The notes beneath the pieces are model-generated. The model saw nothing but the letters and a program-made list of their open reading frames with translations. It searched no databases and was not told the DNA's origin. DNA of 28,209 nt from Bacteroidia bacterium (GTDB taxonomy: Bacteria > Bacteroidota > Bacteroidia > AKYH767-A > OLB10), in contig JBIIRF010000001.1 of NCBI GenBank assembly GCA_044341715.1, positions 1-28,209 of the forward strand, in the 5' to 3' direction. Shown one piece after another: positions 18,793-28,053 of this stretch. How positions within the stretch are numbered: the first letter of the stretch is position 1; each line of letters opens with the position of its first letter. The position numbers were made by a program, and so were the translations under genes.

Positions 18793-19982
18793 GCAGCCTC
18801 GACAGTTTGTTTAGGAAGGTTCAATTCAATCTGCTCCACCTGACGCTCCGACATTTCATTCAGCAGTTCACGATACGAAGGATCCTGACCGGTGAATGCC
18901 GCTGCGTAGAGCGAAGTAATCCGCTTCCAGGTATAATATCTGCGACCATATTGTTCCATCTCCGCTCCCATGCGTTGTTGCTCGATTGGCGTTAAGCGGT
19001 TCAATTGCTCGAGTAATTCTGATTCATTGTTAAAATAACGGGCGCGGTGATTGGTGGTCTCGCGGTTATACGAAACACCATAGCTGATGATTGGTAAACC
19101 CAGACACATTGCTTCCACCAGACTCGGGTTGGTTCCGCCTGCACTATGTCCGTGCACATAGACGGCAGCGTTAGAACGGATTTCATTCAACTGATCCTGA
19201 TCGTAAATCGGATCCAGCAGATGAATGTTCGGATAGTTGCTATACTTCGCACGCAATTCCATTCCGTAAGGACCATGATTCCACAGACCCACAATCACCA
19301 GATTCTTTTCCGGAGCACGACTAAACGCATCCAGAATCATGTGAATATTATTCTCCGGTTCAATGCGGCTCACATTAAAAGCATAAGGCTCCTGCAGAAA
19401 AGGATACTTCGCAAGTACGGCATCCGTCAATGGAAGTTTCTTCACGTGATCGCCACCGTATTCAATCAGCCATGTATTTTCACAATGATATTCCCGCTCC
19501 ACATACTGCTGAATGATTTTATTATCCGTAATCACTTTATCCGCAAAAGCCACCGCCAGTTTTTCACTCCAGCCTAGAACTTTCCGCGAGATCCAGTTCC
19601 ACTTCGGACGTTTCCATTCTTGTCCATCGATGTTCACCAGAATCGGCTTCTTCGTAAACATCTTCAGGAAAGGAAGCAATACCGCTCCCGAAACACCCAA
19701 CAACAACAGCACATCGTTGCGACGCACTGCATGCAGGATAGAAAGAATATCATAAGGAATACTCTGATACCCGTTCGCATTCAGCGGCAGGTATTCGAGT
19801 TTTGCACCATTGTAATTTTCGAGACGTTTTCCCGGCTTACCGAAATACTTGCTACTGCAGTACACGGTCATATCAAAATCATTCGAGAGATTATTCACCA
19901 GGTGATGAGCCAGCGTTTCAAAGCCGCCGTAACGGGCCGGTAATCCTGTTGTTCCAATCACTGCTACACGGATCTTCTTCAT
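18789..19982 (-). CDS. GT4 glycosyltransferase with DUF1972-like N-terminus (WchF/RgpA-like, putative rhamnosyltransferase)
   Basis: AVIGTTGLPARYGGFET, NIDGQEWKRPKW, SRIEPENN and HGHSAGGTNPSLVEAM. ATGA overlap with the next gene. Confidence 0.9.
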   Translation of the reverse strand: MKKIRVAVIGTTGLPARYGGFETLAHHLVNNLSNDFDMTVYCSSKYFGKPGKRLENYNGAKLEYLPLNANGYQSIPYDILSILHAVRRNDVLLLLGVSGAVLLPFLKMFTKKPILVNIDGQEWKRPKWNWISRKVLGWSEKLAVAFADKVITDNKIIQQYVEREYHCENTWLIEYGGDHVKKLPLTDAVLAKYPFLQEPYAFNVSRIEPENNIHMILDAFSRAPEKNLVIVGLWNHGPYGMELRAKYSNYPNIHLLDPIYDQDQLNEIRSNAAVYVHGHSAGGTNPSLVEAMCLGLPIISYGVSYNRETTNHRARYFNNESELLEQLNRLTPIEQQRMGAEMEQYGRRYYTWKRITSLYAAAFTGQDPSYRELLNEMSERQVEQIELNLPKQTVEAA

Positions 19983-20058
19983 TCTGCAAATGGGTTTTCT
20001 TTGCTTGTTAGAATTTACAGGCATTTGAGACGGCCTGCGATACTAAAGTTGTACGGTT

Positions 20059-20240
20059 CCTTACAGTGTAAGGTTCTTTTAAAAAAGAAAGGAGTTAAGG
20101 GTGGTTCTTGCATCTTCCCGTCGACGTTTAACCGCCTAAAACGGACACTCACCGAAACATTTTTCAGGAACTGTACTCTTTTCAGTGAATTAGGAAATAC
20201 TCCTTACGAAAAAAGTGAGCAAAATGCACTAAAACCTTAC
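20059..20240. promoter_or_regulatory. Internal intergenic regulatory region with repeated CCTTAC/GTAAGG half-sites
   Basis: Palindrome CCTTACA-G-TGTAAGG (20059-20073), CCTTAC at 20202 and 20235, and AGGA-N5-TCCT at 20192-20204. Confidence 0.4.
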
Positions 20241-20259
20241 AAAAATCTGTGACCTTGTT

Positions 20260-21345
20260 TTAGAAATTTTTCAGGATCGATTCCGTGAATTTCCGGTTAC
20301 TAAACTGCTTCGATGTTTCCTTTGCACCTTCACTCAGGGCCGATAAAAATCCGGGGTTTTCTGCGAGGTATTGCAGACGAAAATCGAGTGTTGCTTCGTC
20401 ACGTACATCGATGGTAAAACCATTCACCGAACCTTTCACAATTTCAGCCGGACCACCTACCGGAGGAGCAATCACAGGCACACCGTAACACATCGCTTCC
20501 AGGATGGTCATACCGAATGTTTCAATGCATTGTCCGGGATTGGTCAGATTCACCACCAGCGAAGCAGCACGGTAAAACGGATCCAGGTTTTTCTGCACCG
20601 GATACCATGTAAGGTTTGCGGGAATTACCTCGCGGGAGAAATAAAGTTCAATATCTTCCGGCTGTGCATTCAGCACCAAATCGAAATGGAGTCCGGGATG
20701 GCGACGCGCAAGGGCCACAAACTCCGGAATTCCTTTATAATCTTTTAACGAACAAACCATGAGCACCCTGAACTTTTCTGTTTGTCCGGGGAGATAGGAG
20801 AACTGACCCGCATTCGCTACAAATTCTTCCGGCAGGGCGTTGTACACCACCTGGCTGTTAACTCCATGAATACGTTCTTCCCGCAGGAGATAATCGGACA
20901 CATACAAGACGGTATCGGCAGTATAAGCAGCAACAGTGCGTAGGAATTTTTTCAAAGCTGCAGGACGAATATAACTCTCATGCACATGATAAATCACTTT
21001 CTTGCCCATCATCGCACCGGCAATCGCTGCACCGAAAGGAAGAATGGTATTGATATAAAATGTGACATCCTTCTTCCGGTATCTCCAGAGCTGAAAAAAG
21101 AGAAATACCTGACTAAATGTAAAGGCCAGCAACCGCATCAATGTATTCGGAAAAAACCGATACGGAAAACTCACAAAGGGAGCATCCACGGAATTCAGAA
21201 AACCTTCCTTCTTGCCGCTGGTATGGATCACTACCGAATGTCCCGACTGTTGTAATCCCTTTAACGCTTGCGTAAATACCAGAGGACTACCACTGAAATC
21301 ATTCAGCAGATGAATTGCAACAATCGTATTTTTCTTCTCCGACAT
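20260..21345 (-). CDS. GT4 family glycosyltransferase
   Basis: SLKDYKGI and ETFGMTILEAMCYGVPVI (EX7E motif). Confidence 0.92.
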   Translation of the reverse strand: MSEKKNTIVAIHLLNDFSGSPLVFTQALKGLQQSGHSVVIHTSGKKEGFLNSVDAPFVSFPYRFFPNTLMRLLAFTFSQVFLFFQLWRYRKKDVTFYINTILPFGAAIAGAMMGKKVIYHVHESYIRPAALKKFLRTVAAYTADTVLYVSDYLLREERIHGVNSQVVYNALPEEFVANAGQFSYLPGQTEKFRVLMVCSLKDYKGIPEFVALARRHPGLHFDLVLNAQPEDIELYFSREVIPANLTWYPVQKNLDPFYRAASLVVNLTNPGQCIETFGMTILEAMCYGVPVIAPPVGGPAEIVKGSVNGFTIDVRDEATLDFRLQYLAENPGFLSALSEGAKETSKQFSNRKFTESILKNF

Positions 21346-21349
21346 TTTA

Positions 21350-22606
21350 TCAGCCGGCTTTACGGGTCAGGTTTTCATAGAGATCTTTCAGGCGTTCACC
21401 TTTCAGATCCCAATCAAATCGTTCCTTGAAGGTACGACGTGCACCCTCCGACAACTTCACGTATAAACGGGTATTGTCGTGCAGGAGACGCAATGCCTCT
21501 GCAAACTTGGTAACGCTCGTATTATAACGGCTATACGGTACCGAAATACCACAATCCTTATTTACAAACTCTCCCGGACCTTCATTGCGGAAACATACCA
21601 CCGGTAAACCGTACGACAATGCCTCTGCAACTACCATTCCCGCACCTTCATGACTCGGGAACAGGAATACATCCGACTCGTTGTAGAGTTTTTTATAATC
21701 ACTGCGATGCAACCAGGCGATGAACGTAACACATTCTGCCACCTCCATTTCTTCGGCCAGGTTTTCGAGATACTTTTTATACGGACCATCGCCCACTAAA
21801 ACCAGACGCACAAACGGACGCTGATGCACTGGAAGCTGATGATAAAACCGCGCAAAGGAACGAATGGTAATATCAAAACCTTTCAGCGGAACAAATCTAC
21901 CACTCGATAAAATGGTAAATCCTTGTCCCTTTCTTCCTTCAGGTAACTCTGTTGGTGCTTCGGTACTCACACTCGACATATGCAGCACTTTATCCCGCGA
22001 TACATCCAGTACACGTTCCACTCCTGAATTCATTGCAATAACTGTGTCTGCATGAGAAACTGTCTGACGCAGCAATGGATCTATCTTCCAGAAATATTTT
22101 TTCAATCCCCACTTCATCTCCTCCAGCAAATACGTCTTCCAGCCATACACGTGCAATACATAATCCTTAGGAATACGCGGATGGTGACCAATCGGGCCCC
22201 ATACAAAGGGTTTGCGCAAACGCCAGAGCATAGAAGGTGTCCAGTCGTTATGGAAATTCAGGTTATGCACTATATCAAACTCCAGTTTGTTCTTGCGCAC
22301 AAAACGCGGCATGAAAATCTGCCAGAGGTAATAATACAACAACGCACCACGACCGCCCTTTTTCCAGAAGCGAGCCCAGTAGGGTAAGTCATAATAGACA
22401 AATTTCACATTGGCATAACAGGGATTCGGATGCTCCGCCATGTATCGTTCGATCGGTCCACGGGTATTTTCGCGGGTGATCGCAATTACTTTATTGAAAC
22501 GTGCGATCTGCAGGATAAAATTCCATCCCATGCCATCTTCCGAACCATGATAAGGATTCACAGCATAAGCACTCACCAATACGGTATTTTCTTTTCTATT
22601 CTCCAT
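21350..22606 (-). CDS. GT4 family glycosyltransferase
   Basis: SAYAVNPYHGSEDGMGW, GRFVPLKG and PSHEGAGMVVAEALSYG. The start is placed at MENRKE, after the upstream TAG. Confidence 0.92.
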   Translation of the reverse strand: MENRKENTVLVSAYAVNPYHGSEDGMGWNFILQIARFNKVIAITRENTRGPIERYMAEHPNPCYANVKFVYYDLPYWARFWKKGGRGALLYYYLWQIFMPRFVRKNKLEFDIVHNLNFHNDWTPSMLWRLRKPFVWGPIGHHPRIPKDYVLHVYGWKTYLLEEMKWGLKKYFWKIDPLLRQTVSHADTVIAMNSGVERVLDVSRDKVLHMSSVSTEAPTELPEGRKGQGFTILSSGRFVPLKGFDITIRSFARFYHQLPVHQRPFVRLVLVGDGPYKKYLENLAEEMEVAECVTFIAWLHRSDYKKLYNESDVFLFPSHEGAGMVVAEALSYGLPVVCFRNEGPGEFVNKDCGISVPYSRYNTSVTKFAEALRLLHDNTRLYVKLSEGARRTFKERFDWDLKGERLKDLYENLTRKAG

Positions 22607-22617
22607 CTTCTCTTTCA

Positions 22618-23349
22618 CTAAGCTACACATCCTTGCTGATGCGTAGTATTGGATTGTTCAGTTCTGTATTTTATTACTCTCGCCGGCATACCACCTACTA
22701 CGGCATTGGCAGGCATACTTTTCGTCACCACTGCACCCGCAGCTATCACACAATTGTCACCGATAGTTACTCCATCCAAAATCGTCACCTTCGCGCCGAT
22801 CCAGCAGTTTTTACCGATAACAATTCCTTTACGTTCTGTACCCTGCAAACGAATCAGCTGCTGTTCATCGAAGAAGCGATGATTCTCCGGATGACAACTG
22901 AGGTAGGGACCAATAATACAATCATCGCCGATCTCGAGTCCGCCTGCACCACCGAGGTGTGCATACTCACCCAGTCCTACATGATGACCGATACGGATAT
23001 ACTTTCCCGGATCATTCAGCGAGAAAGAAACCTTGAGATAGGAATGACTGCCGATCCAGCTATAATCACCGATAGACAATCCTTCACGACCCCAGGCGGT
23101 AATGCTCACATCGTTTCCTAACTGCACCGCCTTACCGAACTGCGCCGATGAAGTGCCACTGATAGAAACACGTTTACCGGCAAACAGCAACAACGACCGT
23201 TTCGCCCGCAGGAATTGCAGACCCCGTAACCAGGCGCAGACCTTCCCCCATAAAAATCCGAACAGGACACCCTCTTTTACAGCGGGGTCCAGTTCGAACG
23301 AAGGATTTTTCTTTCGTCCCAGATGGGTGATAATCGTTCGCAGCAGCAT
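22618..23349 (-). CDS. Hexapeptide-repeat O-acyltransferase (LbetaH)
   Basis: IGDDCIIG, IGKNCWIGAKVTILDGVTIGDNCVIAAGAVV. The start overlaps the upstream stop (TAATG). Confidence 0.92.
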   Translation of the reverse strand: MLLRTIITHLGRKKNPSFELDPAVKEGVLFGFLWGKVCAWLRGLQFLRAKRSLLLFAGKRVSISGTSSAQFGKAVQLGNDVSITAWGREGLSIGDYSWIGSHSYLKVSFSLNDPGKYIRIGHHVGLGEYAHLGGAGGLEIGDDCIIGPYLSCHPENHRFFDEQQLIRLQGTERKGIVIGKNCWIGAKVTILDGVTIGDNCVIAAGAVVTKSMPANAVVGGMPARVIKYRTEQSNTTHQQGCVA

Positions 23350-24104
23350 TACATTTTCCAGAAAGTAGTCTGACAAACGAAGAGACCCATCGGTGCAAAA
23401 CCGCTGAAGCGATGCATTTCTTTATCCTTCAATAATTCAGCACCTACCCAGTTCACCGGGTTATCGCTGTTATCGAGGATCAGCCAGCCACCGGGCTTTA
23501 CTTTATTCATCAACACCTGAATGCAATCATTCCGGCGTGTAAAATCATTCATGCAATCTACCAGCACCATATCGAGACTATGATCCGGAATCAATGCCAT
23601 ATCGCCGATCGCTGCTTCTCCCTGCATCACTTTCATGCGACTATTAGTTGGATGAAAACGCATAGGCTGCTCATGCATGGCACACTGCACATACGTTGCC
23701 CAGTCCTGACTATGTTCATAGGTAGTCACCTTTGTTTCCTTCTCCAGAAACCAGAGTGTAGAATTTCCTCCACCTGCTTCCACTACTGACATACCCGGCT
23801 TAACGATGCCTTCCAGAAAACGAATAGCATCCAACACGATAAACGGAACCGGCTTCTGCAGAATTGGCGACTTACGCGTATCGAGCCATGTTTTGAAAAC
23901 ATACGGCAAACGCATAACGCTATACATCGAAGGACGATGACCCTCATAATCGGTGAAGCGCAACGAAGCCTTTAACGAAGTATGTTGACCTTCATCTGTC
24001 ATCCACTCGAGTGTAGTGCGGCCCAGTAACTGGTCGATAACCGGCGTTGTGTACTGCGCGGTAACATTAGATTTGTTAGGAGGAGTAAGTTGTGAACGAT
24101 TCAT
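23349..24104 (-). CDS. Class I SAM-dependent methyltransferase-like protein
   Basis: VVEAGGGNSTLWF (motif I), DMVLVD and LKPGG-like VKPGGWLILDN. Confidence 0.8.
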   Translation of the reverse strand: MNRSQLTPPNKSNVTAQYTTPVIDQLLGRTTLEWMTDEGQHTSLKASLRFTDYEGHRPSMYSVMRLPYVFKTWLDTRKSPILQKPVPFIVLDAIRFLEGIVKPGMSVVEAGGGNSTLWFLEKETKVTTYEHSQDWATYVQCAMHEQPMRFHPTNSRMKVMQGEAAIGDMALIPDHSLDMVLVDCMNDFTRRNDCIQVLMNKVKPGGWLILDNSDNPVNWVGAELLKDKEMHRFSGFAPMGLFVCQTTFWKM

Positions 24105-24128
24105 GGTTATAATTTAATGGTTTTAGAT

Positions 24129-25433
24129 TTAAATAACGGCGGAAACACATTCATTCATTACACGACGAATGGTATCATCCAGATTAATATTATTGATTAC
24201 AAGATATTGCTGTTTACTGCCTGAATTACCCAGCTCATTGAACAGCTGCGTATATTCCGTGGTGAGACTGGTGATATCCTCCTGCGACAACTCCTGCTTG
24301 CGGCTGCGGATAATTTCCGGAGATGCAAAGAGAAATACATTCACCTGTGGTTTGAAGATGAAATGATAACACCATTTCATAAACCCTTTTGGTAAAACGA
24401 TATTGGAACGACGGGAATCAATGATGAAATCGAAATAATAACGATCGTACAATACAGTATAACCGCGCAATGTATAACGGAAATAGATGTAATACTGTCC
24501 GACGAGATAATCGAGGTAATAGTAAGTAAAGCGAAACAGCGAACTGATCACACTTTTATTTGTTCCCTGACGCGGAAGTTTTTCACGGGTACGCTTCTCG
24601 GCCTCTGATTTTCCATGCACCACACTCGAAAGAATCGGCAGCAAGGAAGGACGATGACGCAGTACCACAATTTTCTGACGGTACTTCTTCTGCAAGGTCT
24701 GGCGCACTTCTTCGATGATGGTCGATTTACCGGCACCATCCACACCACTGAAAGTAACAGTGATACCACGCTGGTGCATAAAATCATTTATAACATCGGT
24801 AATATACCGCGCCTTGTTGTACAGAAAATGAAATGCTTTATTGTTGCCATGACCATATACATAACCCAGGATCTTTTTTGTGAATCGTGAGTTTACTTCG
24901 TACAGTTCATCCAGTACATTGATATTCACCTTGTACTTTCCTGTTATATGAGCAAAGATCTCCGCACGCTGCTCAAACGAGAAGGTACTGAAATAGGCTC
25001 TATAACGTTCAGGCACATCCGAACCATTGATCAGATAAAAAAGCAGGATATATTCGAAGTTATGACGATGAGAAGCCATCTTCAGACCATCCGCTGTTTC
25101 AATCGCATGATCCAGGATTTCTTTTGTCTGCAGATAAATCGTTCCCTTCCGGTCGAAGCGGAAAATCAAATCGATTTCCAGGTACGAGCCATCGTTAAAC
25201 AACAGACTCACATAGGTCGCGAATGATTTTTTCGCCAGGTGAATGCGTTTGATATCCGGGCCCTTTCCGATGATATCCAGAAACAGGCGACGCTGATCGG
25301 CTGCGATGAGCATATCCACGTCCGAGCTCTCCGGAATTTCTGCCACAGAACCGTGAATGAACTTCAACAGTGCATACTCCTGAGACTTGATAGCCTCAAA
25401 ATAATAGCGGAGATATGCCTGACGATGGTTCAT
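24129..25433 (-). CDS. Fusion of a nucleotidyltransferase-like N-terminal domain and a thymidylate-kinase-like P-loop domain
   Basis: PESSDVDML (DxD, Pol-beta-like), then FSGVDGAGKST (P-loop) and VLYDRYYFD (TMK DRY motif). The start is coupled to the upstream stop (TAATG at 25435-25431); the 25649 start overlaps the kinase. Confidence 0.75.
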   Translation of the reverse strand: MNHRQAYLRYYFEAIKSQEYALLKFIHGSVAEIPESSDVDMLIAADQRRLFLDIIGKGPDIKRIHLAKKSFATYVSLLFNDGSYLEIDLIFRFDRKGTIYLQTKEILDHAIETADGLKMASHRHNFEYILLFYLINGSDVPERYRAYFSTFSFEQRAEIFAHITGKYKVNINVLDELYEVNSRFTKKILGYVYGHGNNKAFHFLYNKARYITDVINDFMHQRGITVTFSGVDGAGKSTIIEEVRQTLQKKYRQKIVVLRHRPSLLPILSSVVHGKSEAEKRTREKLPRQGTNKSVISSLFRFTYYYLDYLVGQYYIYFRYTLRGYTVLYDRYYFDFIIDSRRSNIVLPKGFMKWCYHFIFKPQVNVFLFASPEIIRSRKQELSQEDITSLTTEYTQLFNELGNSGSKQQYLVINNINLDDTIRRVMNECVSAVI

Positions 25434-26794
25434 TACTTCTTGCTGGCATTCGGAATTGAACTCAGACAATCGCGAATAGCGGCTGTCCACGCATCGACCA
25501 TCCAGTGACTCTGCATGAGCAATTCGCGCTCGCCGAGATACTGACGGAGATAATGACTTACGGTGAAGAGCAGATAGAGACGATGATGAAGTTCCAGGTT
25601 GATACCGTACTTGCTGATCATCTGTTCTGCCAGGGCTGATTGACTCCATTGGTGAATGGTTGATTTAACAGCATTATAATTTCTGCGTTGCTGCAGGATG
25701 GTGCTTTGGTAAGTGAAATGAAATACATCGAACATCATCGGGATGCCGTTGCGGGCCATCTCCCAGTCGTACACGTACAAACGTTGTTCGTCGCAATACA
25801 TATTCCACGGTGTAAAATCTCCGTGTGAAACAGAAACTGGAACAATGTCGGTCTCGGAAATACGGTTATAGAGATCCTGCAGCAATGCCACGAGATCAAG
25901 TGTTTTTTCCTTGCTGAGGTTATTGATAAAAACGGTTTCCTGTCCGAGGAAGCTGATATTATTTTTAATGGTTTCCCAGGCTGCGGTATCGCTGATTTTC
26001 TTTCTATCATTGCTCATCGCATACAATTCCGCCATCGCACTCAGGTGAATCGCATTGATCCGGTCAGCAGGAATCACAATAGCCGGTTTCACATTGCTGA
26101 GACGGGTACGACCATTGATTCGCTTTGAAGCCTTCGGCAGACTCAGCGCAGTAAAATCGTATTGATTGAGAGTATTCACCATTTCGTATTCGTTTTCTAC
26201 GAGTGTATTTGCTTCCGGAGTAAGGGGGATTTTGATAAACCCTGTTGTTTCCTTCTCGTTGTGGATCTCAACTACCAGTTTGCGGGTCGCCCCTCTCGTA
26301 CCGGTGAAGAAGGACGCTGCCTCTCCGATCATGATACCACAGTTCATTTGTACTCTTTCGAACAGCTTTTGTTGCACTCTGAAAGTCCCTGAGGCCAGAC
26401 GATGAGCCTGACCGAGACGGAAAGCAATTCTGGTAATCGTTTTATAGAGCCGGGCTTTCACCGAAGCGGCATTGTAGAGGGAGAGATGTCCCGCTGTCAT
26501 ACCAGCACTCGGATAAAACCAGCGGATGGTCCCATCGGGATTATTGATAAAATCAAAACTGAGCCAGCGTTCCTCCCCAATGGAGCTGCTGTACAAAACA
26601 AAATCATCGTTACGCAAATCAACCACAAACGAAGGACGATCTTCTGCCTCCTGCACTTTCTGCAAAGGGGAAGGGATACGTTCCTGATCGCCGAACACAC
26701 GACCTGCAGGATCAATTAAATAAAATTCTTCTTCCGGAGCAAAGAGCTCACGTAAGATGAGCAGGTCGGTAAGATATACCGTTTGGTTTTTCAT
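25433..26794 (-). CDS. APH/choline-kinase-like phosphotransferase with an N-terminal extension
   Basis: FIKIP (ATP-binding Lys), ENEYEM, VSHGDFTPWNM and VYDWE. Confidence 0.82.
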   Translation of the reverse strand: MKNQTVYLTDLLILRELFAPEEEFYLIDPAGRVFGDQERIPSPLQKVQEAEDRPSFVVDLRNDDFVLYSSSIGEERWLSFDFINNPDGTIRWFYPSAGMTAGHLSLYNAASVKARLYKTITRIAFRLGQAHRLASGTFRVQQKLFERVQMNCGIMIGEAASFFTGTRGATRKLVVEIHNEKETTGFIKIPLTPEANTLVENEYEMVNTLNQYDFTALSLPKASKRINGRTRLSNVKPAIVIPADRINAIHLSAMAELYAMSNDRKKISDTAAWETIKNNISFLGQETVFINNLSKEKTLDLVALLQDLYNRISETDIVPVSVSHGDFTPWNMYCDEQRLYVYDWEMARNGIPMMFDVFHFTYQSTILQQRRNYNAVKSTIHQWSQSALAEQMISKYGINLELHHRLYLLFTVSHYLRQYLGERELLMQSHWMVDAWTAAIRDCLSSIPNASKK

Positions 26795-28052
26795 GGTTGG
26801 TTGCCCCTCTTATACGACGGCTGTCGCTTAAGGTTTCTGAGGAAGCAGTAAAAACCAGGAAGAGATAAAATAAAATTCCGTAGTTCGTTTCACCAAAAAT
26901 TCCGAACTCGGTAAGAGAGTTCACGAGCAAGGGGATCAGGATCAGCCAGACGGTAAGACGGTATTTTTTATCTGCCACCCTACGCAATGTCCATAGAAAC
27001 ACAGTGAGCTGCAACAGAACGATCGAAAGTCCAACCAGACCAAGACCCAGCAACACCTGCATAAACGTATTGTGCGTCATCGCCCCGGCATACGCATTCA
27101 GCGACTCAAACTTATCCGCATAATCGATCCGCATATAACCATAACCCAGCCATGGTTCACGCGGGAAATTATACGTCAGCAGATCCTTCCAGAAAGGCAA
27201 ACGACCGGTAAACGTAAACAGCTCCTGCAACTGATCCTGCTTCACAAAGAACGACCATCCCGCCAACGGCACCAGCGCCAACACCGAAGCAGCCATAAAC
27301 GTACGCTGCGTTTTACTCCCGGTATGTAAGGCATACACCATCAACACCGCCACCAGCGCAATAAACGACGAACGAGAACCGGTCAACAACAACATCTGAA
27401 TCAACATCAGCAGATAAAGAATAATACTGATACGAATCTTTCCCTCCTTCACAATCAGCGGAAGAAAACAACTCACACCGATCACCAGCAACATACCCAG
27501 CTCATTCGGATTGATGATAAATCCACCCAGACGACTCACCGCCCCACCATGTGTCAGACGATAAAACTTATCCGGATCCACATACATACCAATCAGGAAG
27601 CCGATCCCATTCAGCAAAACGGCCGGCGCAATCACCTTATGCAAATCGAAATATCCACCCGGGTGACGATGACGATACATCCCCAACAAATGAATAAACA
27701 GCCAGGCAAAAACGAATCCCTCCGCATCCATCAGCCATTGCAAAACACTTTCCGAAAACGAACTGGTCCATAACAGCGACGCAGCCCCGAAGATCAGGTA
27801 GATTGCATAGAGCCAGATAGGCATCGGGTGTTTAATTGTATCCCCAAACCGGTGCTCCCTCCTCGACTCCAGGAAGATCGCCACCAGCAAGGTAACGGTC
27901 AGGAATATCCGCAAACCGGATTTAATTGCCTGCACCATCAACAGCGAATCAGACAACATAAAATACGAAACAATACGCAGCGCCAGCACCACCACCAGGA
28001 ACATCCTGAAAGCCTTTGCCGGTTCACGCATCCACGATTGCTGCTGCTTCAT
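26748..28052 (-). CDS. O-antigen ligase/polymerase family (Wzy_C/WaaL-like) membrane protein
   Basis: Polytopic protein with RLGG...NPNELG, LTGSRSS, TGRLPFW...P..GYG and THNTFMQ. Confidence 0.88.
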   Translation of the reverse strand: MKQQQSWMREPAKAFRMFLVVVLALRIVSYFMLSDSLLMVQAIKSGLRIFLTVTLLVAIFLESRREHRFGDTIKHPMPIWLYAIYLIFGAASLLWTSSFSESVLQWLMDAEGFVFAWLFIHLLGMYRHRHPGGYFDLHKVIAPAVLLNGIGFLIGMYVDPDKFYRLTHGGAVSRLGGFIINPNELGMLLVIGVSCFLPLIVKEGKIRISIILYLLMLIQMLLLTGSRSSFIALVAVLMVYALHTGSKTQRTFMAASVLALVPLAGWSFFVKQDQLQELFTFTGRLPFWKDLLTYNFPREPWLGYGYMRIDYADKFESLNAYAGAMTHNTFMQVLLGLGLVGLSIVLLQLTVFLWTLRRVADKKYRLTVWLILIPLLVNSLTEFGIFGETNYGILFYLFLVFTASSETLSDSRRIRGATNHEKPNGISYRPAHLT

Positions 28053-28053
28053 C

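Noticed and set aside
20001-20252. 83-aa plus-strand ORF in the operon gap
   Set aside because: Opposite to all neighbours, no recognisable motif or hydrophobic pattern; a regulatory role explains the gap better.
24129-24760. Housekeeping thymidylate kinase (tmk)
   Set aside because: The domain is fused behind about 230 unrelated residues and embedded in a glycan operon, so it is a TMK-like paralog.
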